Source of the DNA: a virus
Taxonomy: Duplodnaviria > Heunggongvirae > Uroviricota > Caudoviricetes
IMG/VR virus record: IMGVR_UViG_2565956616_000006
Location: 1 to 43,312 of that record
Length of the DNA stretch: 43,312 nt
Direction: 5' to 3' (one strand)
The position numbers and the translations under genes are program-made. Positions 27,263 to 34,782 of this stretch are shown here, piece by piece. The notes beneath the pieces were generated by a model that worked only from the letters and a program-made list of their open reading frames with translations, searched no databases and was not told the origin of the DNA. Each line of letters opens with the position of its first letter. Within the stretch, counting starts at the first letter, position 1.

Positions 27263-27644
27263 CAGTACGCGCATATCCGCTTTATGTGAAACAGGAAGAT
27301 TTTTCTGATATCACTGCCACAGCAAAACACCAATTTCGTGACCAGTACGCGCGCGAGGGGTATCAGTTGCAAAAATTTTGCAACTACGTCCGACCAGTAC
27401 GCACACGATGGCGGGGGATACCATGAAACTGTTCTCTACACGAGACAGAGTGGTGGTGATGTGTTGATTATCGGCGTATATGCGCACAGGACGCGCTATG
27501 ACGATGTTTTATGCGGGTACACCAATCACATGTATCTGATGTGATAAATCGTGTTACATGACATCTCATGTTGTGCTGGTGGTTATCACGACGTTCTGAA
27601 TCTGGCCTTTGCCTGATATTTTGCGACAAGTACGCGCGCGTAGC
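27263..27644 (+). repeat. Four same-orientation copies of a (C/A)AGTACGC(G/A)C motif plus the 19-bp palindrome GTTGCAAAAATTTTGCAAC
   Basis: Copies at about 27263, 27343, 27395 and 27628. The palindrome at 27365-27383 lies between copies 2 and 3. Copies 2 and 3 fall in different reading frames. Confidence 0.6.
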
Positions 27645-28017
27645 ATCGAAATTATCGGATGGCGTATGCTGCTGGCAATATGAAGACCGATAGTATTAAC
27701 CGAAAAGCGATTAAGGAGTGCCAACTTTTCAGTAGAGAAACTAGCCAGCATAGGAAAATGTAGAAATTACCCAATTAATAGGTAAAAGTTATTGACACAG
27801 CCTGTAGTGGATAACGATATGAATAAAAACCACATATAGTGGTTTTTCGTGAGTGATGATAGTATCTATGTTAGTTTCCTAAGTAACTGTGCATTGACAT
27901 GTGGATAACTTCGGATAGAGTTACAGGCAACCGAGCCCGATCCTCTGTTTCTCCGCCGCCGATTTCAGGCATGTGAGTTTCACGGTCGGGCCTTTTATTA
28001 TCTTTTGTTTCGCCACT

Positions 28018-28995
28018 ATGATTGCCGCAAAGCCTCATAAGGACTATCACGAATTGCTAGGATTGCTACTTGAACGTGGCATGATTATCAATGATCGAAA
28101 TCGTGCGATACGTAAGCTGTCGCAGGTTGGATATTATCGATTGTCAGGTTTTTGGTACCCATCAAGAATTATTGCGACAACAGATAAAGGTCTTTCGTAC
28201 AGAACAGACCGATTTCTTGCTGGTACCAGTTTCGAGAAGACGTACGATCTATATCTTTTTGACAAAAAACTGCGTCTTTTGATGATTGATGCTATCGAAA
28301 GAATAGAGATTCATGTTCGTTCAGTCATCGCGCATGAGGTTGGTCGCAATGATCCACTTGCCTACATGTCATCAAAATACATTAATCCAAAATTCTCATC
28401 TGCCTTCGAGCATTGGGTGTATAAGCAAAAAGTAAAATTAGACGAAAGCAGAGATGACTGTATTGAATGGCATCGAAGCCAAGGCAAGGAGATTCCATTT
28501 TGGGTGGCGGTGGAGACCTGGGATTTTGGTCAGATGTCTAAATATTATGCGATGCTTAATGGTCATATGCAGGGGAAAATTATACGTCGTTTTGGCATTG
28601 ATAATAAGCAGACATTTGCAAAATGGTTGAAGTGCCTTAATCTCATAAGGAATCGTTGCGCTCACCATTCCAGAATATGGAATAGAAAGCATCCCCGAGT
28701 TCCAGTACCGGATAATGAATACTTTGACGGACTTAATCTCCATCCAGAGAGTTGCGAGAGGATTTTTAGCGCGATCTGTATTATCTGGTACTTAGTTAAA
28801 CGACTTGGTCCGGGATCAACATGGCTTCGGCAAATTGCAGACCTTATTGACTCTAAACCAAATGTTCCCGGATGTGGATATGATTCAATGGGTTTACCTG
28901 CTAAAGGATTCCCACGAGAGAGATTCTCTCAGGACTTAGGTTTTGTTATCGCCGACAACGACCCTGTAGCTGAAGGGCGGAAAGGGAGCGATTGA
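28018..28995 (+). CDS. Abi_2 family (AbiD/AbiF-like) abortive-infection protein, ~325 aa (ORF-track GTG start at 27973)
   Basis: Family pattern: KP....E.L.LL..RGM.I.D...A...L...GYYRLSG(F/Y)W, LY.FD..LR.L....IE.IE...R, CLN.IRNRCAHH.R.WN. Confidence 0.8.
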   Translation: MIAAKPHKDYHELLGLLLERGMIINDRNRAIRKLSQVGYYRLSGFWYPSRIIATTDKGLSYRTDRFLAGTSFEKTYDLYLFDKKLRLLMIDAIERIEIHVRSVIAHEVGRNDPLAYMSSKYINPKFSSAFEHWVYKQKVKLDESRDDCIEWHRSQGKEIPFWVAVETWDFGQMSKYYAMLNGHMQGKIIRRFGIDNKQTFAKWLKCLNLIRNRCAHHSRIWNRKHPRVPVPDNEYFDGLNLHPESCERIFSAICIIWYLVKRLGPGSTWLRQIADLIDSKPNVPGCGYDSMGLPAKGFPRERFSQDLGFVIADNDPVAEGRKGSD

Positions 28996-29024
28996 GCGAT
29001 AAATATCATTTATACACTGATCAA

Positions 29025-29465
29025 TTACTGAAGCAGCGTATTGATTCTTTTAATATTGTTACCCTGACGCTTCCACGCGCTGTAAATGTCTTTATCCCAC
29101 GCTTTACCAGCTTTTGTTTGGTAGCCTGCTTCATTGAGCCGTTCCGCTATCACACGCCCATTATCAAATCCCTGTCGGATGGTATCGGCAATGATCTTTA
29201 TAACTGCCGTTTCGTTATATGGCTTTGGTGGGATGTTCGGCTTTCCGGCAATAAGCGACGCAGCGGCTTTTTCCATGCGCTCCACCAGCCCAAGCATTCG
29301 TGAATCAATAGACTTTTCCGGCTGTCCCAGCTTCATGCGAATCGCATCAACAAGCCAGGAGGTTTTATCCCCTCCAGAAGCGAGAACAGACCGATTAAAC
29401 TCATCCTGCAATTCAGATGGGATGCGGAACGCGACCAGATTAGATTTGCTCATTGCAAAGACCAT
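29025..29465 (-). CDS. Arc/RHH-type DNA-binding regulator with a C-terminal recombinase-like helical domain, 146 aa
   Basis: N-terminus SKSNLVAFRIPSELQDEFNR....G..K..WLVDAIR.KL is RHH-like. C-terminus I..RLNEAGY.TKAGK.W resembles the motif seen in recombinase accessory domains. The inverted repeats ACAGT-N5-ACTGT and ATAAC-N3-GTTAT at 29485-29512 lie in its upstream region. Confidence 0.6.
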   Translation of the reverse strand: MVFAMSKSNLVAFRIPSELQDEFNRSVLASGGDKTSWLVDAIRMKLGQPEKSIDSRMLGLVERMEKAAASLIAGKPNIPPKPYNETAVIKIIADTIRQGFDNGRVIAERLNEAGYQTKAGKAWDKDIYSAWKRQGNNIKRINTLLQ

Positions 29466-29568
29466 ATCAGTGAGTAATATCCATACAGTATACCACTGTA
29501 TAACACTGTTATACGCTCAAATATCAGCCAGAAAATAACGGACCAATCACAAAGCTATCGCTGTGTTG

Positions 29569-29695
29569 TTGGTTCAGAGCTGGGCTGTGTTGGTTCAAAA
29601 TGAGTTGATGTTGGTTCAATATTTCAGAAAAAACACAATAAAAACAACGATCTTTACAAATTGAACCAACTGAACCAACTGAACCAACACCTTTT
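29569..29695. repeat. Iteron origin candidate 2 (crr-like), an inverted copy of the 21113-21230 cluster
   Basis: TTGGTTCA(G/A) at 29569, 29590 and 29611. AT-rich spacer. Three tandem TGAACCAAC at 29662-29688. Positions 29652-29695 are the perfect reverse complement of 21113-21156. Confidence 0.75.
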
Positions 29696-29724
29696 TGCTT
29701 ATCTATATAATCTGAGAGGCAGAA

Positions 29725-30012
29725 ATGATAAGGGACAGGAAAGCTGAAGAACTGGAGTCAAAAGGGCTATACCGGAGAGCTGCCGCACGATGGGCAGAAG
29801 TCATGATGCTGGCAGATGGCGATAAAGAACGTGAACATGCAGCAAACAGACGCTCTGAATGTATCCGTAAGGCGGCACGCCCACCAGCAACTACAGACAG
29901 ATTCGGAGATTTAAGACAGGCAGTTAAGCGGACTCATTCGGCTCTTGGTATGGATGAGGAAGCGAGAGGGTATTTCAGGCGTTATCGCGATAAAGATTGC
30001 CAGAGACAGTAA
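29725..30012 (+). CDS. PerC-family-like transcriptional activator, 95 aa
   Basis: KAE.LE.KGLYRRAA.RW.EVM pattern, as remembered for PerC-type proteins of enterobacterial islands. Confidence 0.55.
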   Translation: MIRDRKAEELESKGLYRRAAARWAEVMMLADGDKEREHAANRRSECIRKAARPPATTDRFGDLRQAVKRTHSALGMDEEARGYFRRYRDKDCQRQ

Positions 30013-30272
30013 TGCTCTCTCTGTTTTGGCAAATTACCCCTCACTTTGAAGGGATCGGAGCTATAAAAATGGTGTTATCCGGCTTCCTGCATTGCAGGTT
30101 TTCGAAAGAATCAATGGGTTAGGTTATCGTGCAAATTTGCACTCTGCCAGCCAACGCAATTTCTCGTTGGCGGAAATATCAGGTATTTACTGAACGAACG
30201 GTCTACCCGCCTGTTCAACTACCAGTTGTACATGGCTGCTTTATGTGCAAATGGTGGTGAGAGAAAATTGTT

Positions 30273-30293
30273 TGGGGGTACTTTTGGGGGTAT
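30273..30293 (+). repeat. Arm-type repeat pair TGGGGGTACTTTTGGGGGTAT at the right end of element 2
   Basis: 20/21 identical to 11964-11984, same orientation. Confidence 0.7.
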
Positions 30294-30354
30294 CTCCAAA
30301 GATGTAACTGGAAAATGTCTTTATATATCAATGTATTTTTATTGTTTGTTTTGT

Positions 30355-30372
30355 TCCTATTATCGGCACCAT
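30355..30372 (+). repeat. att core copy 2 (junction of element 2 and element 3)
   Basis: TCCTATTATCGGCACCAT, identical to the cores at 11834 and 42759. Confidence 0.9.
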
Positions 30373-30975
30373 CAAGAAAATCAATAACTTAGCTTAACTT
30401 CTCTAAGAAATTGTATCTTCTGTTATCACTTACAAACGCCTATACGTTGTTATGGGCTTTGGTAGTGTAACACGTATGGGCGAGTAGTTCCCAGGCTCAA
30501 CCTCGTAACAAGTTCCTTTGAAGCTGGAAGACGTGCCACCGTCTCTAAACCTTCTACCAAAACTCTTAGCAAGATGTTCCACACCTGGCGCGGTGTCCAA
30601 TGATGCCACACGTCGTGAGACGTTGCAGAGGATAAACAGGCTAAATGATGGGAAGAGTTTTAAGTGCAATAGTGGATTAAAGCCCACCTCTTCAAAACCT
30701 AACTTGATCGGGAAAGAATCAAGCTCTAGCACGGTTTCGTCCACCGGAGTACAACGGGTGCCTGATAAGAGAAGAACTGCTAAGACTTCATAGCTTTTGT
30801 GAAAAAGCCCTTTTAGTGGATACGCCTACGGCGCTTATTTTTTGGTATAACCATCAAAGGCGCTTTATGGCTCCTATTGTCTTGAAAATGTATCTTTACT
30901 TGTATTGTGTTTTATGCGTAGTCTCCCTGTGTAGTATGTAACTTGTTAATTTTCATATGAATACAGAGGCACACG

Positions 30976-31134
30976 ATGAAAAACATTGCAGCTATCAAAC
31001 GTAATAACCGCAAGATTCACGCTCGTAAGTTCCTGTCTACGCCAGAAGGAAAAGCCTGGCTAGAGCGTAAACAGAGAGAGAACGAAGAAAGAAAACTCCT
31101 TAGTGAGTTGAAATGGCTTAGAGAGGATTTCTGA
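30976..31134 (+). CDS. Possible small basic protein, 52 aa (below the ORF-track cutoff)
   Basis: ATG at 30976 with GAGG 7 nt upstream. MKNIAAIKRNNRKIHARKFLSTPEGKAWLERKQRENEERKLLSELKWLREDF. Imperfect hairpin and T-run downstream. Confidence 0.35.
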   Translation: MKNIAAIKRNNRKIHARKFLSTPEGKAWLERKQRENEERKLLSELKWLREDF

Positions 31135-31299
31135 AAATCTCCAGAACGCAACAGGGCGCATTCTAACGCTGTTTTCATTGCTCGGTATAGGGATGTATAG
31201 GTGATGTGTGTTTAATGCGTCTGTGAGCTTGTTTTATGTCTTATTTTGCATTTTCATAATGCAGGAGAGAACACGGAAAGCCTTAAAATTAATTATTGG

Positions 31300-31464
31300 G
31301 GTATTTAAGGCTATTTTTAGGGTATTTAAGGGTATTAAACTTGATTTAATTGATTAAAATATAAACAGATAATTATGTATCTTATTGATTTATAAGGTTA
31401 TTTTTAAATAAAGGTAAATAAAAAATAAATAGCCATAAATAGCTATAAATACATCTAAATACCT
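31300..31464. repeat. Iteron/AT-rich block: GGTATTTAAGG x2 (+1 degenerate, +1 inverted) and four tandem 10-bp ATAAATA(G/C)C(C/T)-type repeats
   Basis: GGTATTTAAGG at 31300 and 31321. GGTATTAAAC at 31331. Inverted CTAAATACC at 31455. 10-bp tandem units across 31425-31464. Confidence 0.6.
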
Positions 31465-31478
31465 ATATCCCTTCCCTT

Positions 31479-31886
31479 ATGGCTAGATTGCGAGAGGTGC
31501 TTAACGCGATTTTTAGCGCCCCCCGATCTGGAAAATCCAGAATCCCCAAATATCAGCAAGGAATTTTCTTGCGTAATCAACATCGTTTTTACCTATTAAA
31601 TCATTACACAGAAAGCCTTTCTGTAATGTCTCTCACTAAACTTTCACTAAACACGAGAATGATCGGTTTTATGTCGGATCAGATGCTAGAAACAGCACCA
31701 CGTCTCACAAGGGCTGTAAGCGATGAAACCAGTGTTTATGCGGGTGCAGGTCAAAATATAGGCCAAAGTCCATTTAACATAATAAACGTAATATGCACTA
31801 AGGAACACATAGAACGCCTTGAGTTGATGTATAAGGGGAAAAGTGGTGGATTTTTTTACGTAGGAGCACGAGAGGGCTTCTATTGA
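31479..31886 (+). CDS. Doubtful ORF, 135 aa
   Basis: Open frame only. No SD, no recognisable family, and it starts inside the repeat block. Confidence 0.2.
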   Translation: MARLREVLNAIFSAPRSGKSRIPKYQQGIFLRNQHRFYLLNHYTESLSVMSLTKLSLNTRMIGFMSDQMLETAPRLTRAVSDETSVYAGAGQNIGQSPFNIINVICTKEHIERLELMYKGKSGGFFYVGAREGFY

Positions 31887-32267
31887 CTTTTGTATGCTAT
31901 GAAATATAATAGAAGGTTTTTATTTTTATGTTGATAGTGATTGCACATTAAAGATTGAAAGCAAATTTAAACATAAATTTTCAACACGTGAAAGAACTTG
32001 TTCGACAAATGATAGAACGTTTATTGAGCAACAATTTTGCAGTGATGCGCTATATGCCGCATAACATAAGGCTTTGCTGATGATGACGCAAAAGTGAAGA
32101 AAGCTAACATTGCACTTTTTAAGCTACTTTTCATTGGATTTTTACGTAGGAATTACACAGGGATTAATCATCAATTACATTGAATTTAAGCCTGTTTTAG
32201 ATGTTTAATTTTGGTAGCAAGAAACACTTTTAGAAGATCATTGCACAGATGTTATGTGATAAATGGA

Positions 32268-32426
32268 TGTAACGATGGGTTACATTCAGCTATCTGAAAT
32301 ACTCTCTGTAAGAAATTTGGTAGTAACGATTCGTTACATAGACTAATTATTGAATGTAACGATATTACACATCGGTAGTAACGATTCGTTACATCGGCAG
32401 ATGATTGGTTGTAACGAAAGGTTACA
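32268..32426. repeat. Array of five 17-bp palindromic sites (T/A)GTAACGA-N3-(G/C)GTTACA
   Basis: Sites at 32268-32284, 32322-32338, 32355-32371 (right half degenerate), 32377-32393 and 32410-32426. Start-to-start spacings are 54, 33, 22 and 33 bp. Confidence 0.8.
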
Positions 32427-33149
32427 CAATAAGACTAACATCTATAATACTAATAATAAAACTAACTATTAAACTATATAATATAATTCTTTTTTATCTT
32501 TATAAGAATAATTATAGGGATACCCGTTAGGGAGTCTAACGACTATCCCTTAATCTATTGGCATTCGCCAGAACCTTGCACAAGTTAGAGTGTTAGTCGT
32601 TAGACTGATACTTCTCATAACACATAGTTTTTTGTTTGTTGATGTTAGTTAGTAGATCTATGTTCGCTAATGCCGCTCACAACGAATATGTAATCTACTA
32701 TGTGCAAATAGCCTACGGCTTGCGTAAGGCTAAATAGTCTATGCGCTGTGCGCTTCAATAGTTCCATTGATGAGGCTTACGCCAATCTAACGATCATCAA
32801 TCTATTTAAGAGAAAATCTATTGTGCAATACTCTGACGAGTGCAATAACCTTGTGTGCTACGCGTTAGCGATGTTAGCACATAGACACAGACAACAACCA
32901 ACAACAAACAAAAAAGAAAGAATGGTTTTAGTAGTTGAAGGTTAAATAAGATTCTACCGCTTAAATCAAGCCTCTGGCGAGCTAAACAACCTCTACATAA
33001 GGGAATGTATTGTTTTTATCAAATACCTCGTTAGAACGCGTTTTAGAGCGTTTTAGAGAATAAGGAAGAATAGGAGCACTCGTAAGAGCACGAATTGCTA
33101 AGAAAAATTATAACACACTGAAAATGATCAATATTTTTATGGCCAGGGG

Positions 33150-33178
33150 TTGACAAAAGCTTTTAGTTATGGTAAAGT
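33150..33178 (+). promoter_or_regulatory. Sigma70-like promoter of the element-3 small-gene operon
   Basis: TTGACA (33150-33155), a 17-bp spacer, then TAAAGT (33173-33178). Confidence 0.6.
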
Positions 33179-33232
33179 AATATTAGGGACAGGAAAACAT
33201 TCCTATCCTCTAAATAATTAAACCAATGCACC

Positions 33233-33275
33233 GCACTTTGAAGCCCAAGAGGCTTGCAAGGTGTCTTTTTCTTTT
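33233..33275 (+). terminator. Leader hairpin plus U-run (attenuator, or the 3' end of a ~90-nt leader RNA) between the promoter and the first gene
   Basis: Outer stem 33233-33239 with 33258-33264. Inner stem AAGCC-CAAGA-GGCTT. Followed by CTTTTTCTTTT. The SD AGGAGG of the first gene lies at 33290. Confidence 0.5.
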
Positions 33276-33301
33276 AACCAAATAGAATAGGAGGTTAATT
33301 A

Positions 33302-33484
33302 GTGAAGTATTTCACTTCTCAAGATGTAGTTGAAGCCTGGAAACGTGGTGAGATCAACCGCTTTAGGGTAAGAATGAATAGGAACACAGCGCGACGCTGT
33401 GGTTATCCAGAGCGTGAAAAATGTTTTGACGATGCACTGAAAATTATTGATGAACTGCGTAAGGCAGGAGCAGAGAAAGAATAA
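33302..33484 (+). CDS. Hypothetical small protein, 60 aa (GTG start)
   Basis: AGGAGG 6 nt upstream. First gene of the operon. Confidence 0.55.
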   Translation: MKYFTSQDVVEAWKRGEINRFRVRMNRNTARRCGYPEREKCFDDALKIIDELRKAGAEKE

Positions 33485-33505
33485 TAACAGGAGAAGGAGA
33501 AAACT

Positions 33506-33673
33506 ATGAGCGAAACCAAGAAACCAATTCCACGCACTTACCTACACGTTGACCCTGAAATTTTCAAGATTTTATTTGCTGAAGCCAAGAAAAGGCAAAT
33601 TATGGTCAGTGATTTGATGTTAGAAATCATTACTGAAGCAGCAGAGAACATCAAACAAAAAAAGGGTAAGTGA
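33506..33673 (+). CDS. RHH (CopG/Arc-like) small DNA-binding protein, 55 aa (below the ORF-track cutoff)
   Basis: ATG at 33506 after GGAGAAGGAG. MSETKKPIPRTYLHVDPEIFKILFAEAKKRQIMVSDLMLEIITEAAENIKQKKGK has a strand, helix, helix layout. Confidence 0.55.
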   Translation: MSETKKPIPRTYLHVDPEIFKILFAEAKKRQIMVSDLMLEIITEAAENIKQKKGK

Positions 33674-33726
33674 TCCTCATTCACTTTAGTAGCGCATTAA
33701 GCGTGATTTATAAGGAGATAATTCTA

Positions 33727-34407
33727 ATGTCTAAAATTAAATTGATTCGTGAAAAATACCAGTATGTTGATCAACAAACAGGAGAAATTAAAGACCGAAC
33801 TTTGAATATACCACACTACTTTTGTGAGATTGAATTCATCTACTCCTCAAATATTGAGGATGGAAAAGCGAAGTTTAGTGCAGAAATGCAAAAATTATAT
33901 TGCTATGTTTCAGATTGGGAGAAATCAGGGGGGATATGTTTTGAAACACAAACGAAGTTAAGTAAAGTTTGTGGCTGTAGCCGTAAGACAGTTAATGAAT
34001 TGATTGGTCTTATGATTAAAATCGGTCTTTTAGAAGAGGTCGGAGAACGAATCCCAAAACGTCCATTAAAATTACGTGCGCTACCTCTCACAGATGCACA
34101 TATTACCCCCCCTAGAGAGTCATCACTACCTGATCCTTCTGAGAAAGAAAACGAATCTAATGAAATATTGAATGTTTCAGAAATCATCGTTGAAGAAGAA
34201 ATACAGGAATCAGAGTTCCCTGAGCGGCCCGAAATTTTTACTTGGCTTCTTTCCCTTGATAAGAAGAAACCACCGCACGAAGAAACAGAAGATTTTGTAA
34301 AACGAGCATTAGATTCAAAGAATATCTATCTTTGTGAAAATGATTTTGACTCTTTGATAATTGATCTCAAAAGTGAGAGCACAATATATGATTCACTACC
34401 CTTTTAA
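33727..34407 (+). CDS. Winged-helix DNA-binding protein with an acidic C-terminal half (possible replication initiator/regulator), 226 aa
   Basis: ATG at 33727 after AAGGAG. Central T.LSKVCGCSRKTVNELIGLMIKIGLLEEV is wHTH-like. The ORF-track start at 33670 is an extension. Confidence 0.55.
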   Translation: MSKIKLIREKYQYVDQQTGEIKDRTLNIPHYFCEIEFIYSSNIEDGKAKFSAEMQKLYCYVSDWEKSGGICFETQTKLSKVCGCSRKTVNELIGLMIKIGLLEEVGERIPKRPLKLRALPLTDAHITPPRESSLPDPSEKENESNEILNVSEIIVEEEIQESEFPERPEIFTWLLSLDKKKPPHEETEDFVKRALDSKNIYLCENDFDSLIIDLKSESTIYDSLPF

Positions 34408-34416
34408 GGAGAATAA

Positions 34417-34686
34417 ATGGCTTATAACATCACTATAGGAAACAAAACTATTGAAATAACTGAGAGCGGATACCACATTTTAAAAGCTATTTTGGAAATA
34501 GAGTTCTCACCGCCGACAGTGGTTAGCTTTTGTAGTTTAGGCGGCTACAGCGCACAACACGTGAATCATTGGTTAAACCATTTTACATCGTTCGGTGTGC
34601 TGGATTATGAAGGGATTAACCACACTACATTTCGTCTTTTGAAATTAAACAAAGATTTTGAATTGTTTATCACAAACAATCAATAA
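34417..34686 (+). CDS. Hypothetical protein, 89 aa (possible wHTH)
   Basis: AAGGAG SD upstream. Same operon. Confidence 0.55.
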   Translation: MAYNITIGNKTIEITESGYHILKAILEIEFSPPTVVSFCSLGGYSAQHVNHWLNHFTSFGVLDYEGINHTTFRLLKLNKDFELFITNNQ

Positions 34687-34782
34687 CAACAGATCGGGCA
34701 ATACATATGGCAAATGCATTTATGGCGATATTCATCGTAACTATGGCATTAAGTTTTTATAATCCACATAAAAAGAGGGAAA

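Noticed and set aside
27166-27544. 86-aa and 68-aa plus-strand ORFs upstream of the Abi gene
   Set aside because: The repeated GACCAGTACGC motif is read in two different frames within them, there is no SD, and the first uses a non-ATG start. The region looks non-coding and structured.
27150-28017. Retron-like or toxin-antitoxin RNA partner for the Abi gene
   Set aside because: There is no reverse transcriptase, no tandem ToxI-like repeats and no small antitoxin ORF nearby. Only the motif repeats reported as a finding are visible.
12016-30372. Classifying element 2 as a canonical P4 satellite
   Set aside because: No ORF resembles Sid, Psu or Delta/Ogr (no small Cys4 zinc-finger protein) and no cos-like site was recognised. 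It shares only the integration, immunity and replication backbone, so I describe it as P4-family-like rather than P4.
30430-30793. Overlapping 104-aa (-) and 91-aa (+) ORFs at the left end of element 3
   Set aside because: They occupy the same DNA on opposite strands. Neither has an SD or a recognisable family. The minus-strand frame looks slightly more protein-like, but I cannot decide, so neither is called.
32748-32945. 65-aa ORF inside the repeat-rich non-coding region of element 3
   Set aside because: GTG/TTG-type start, no SD, and a translation dominated by low-complexity runs. It is surrounded by inverted repeats.
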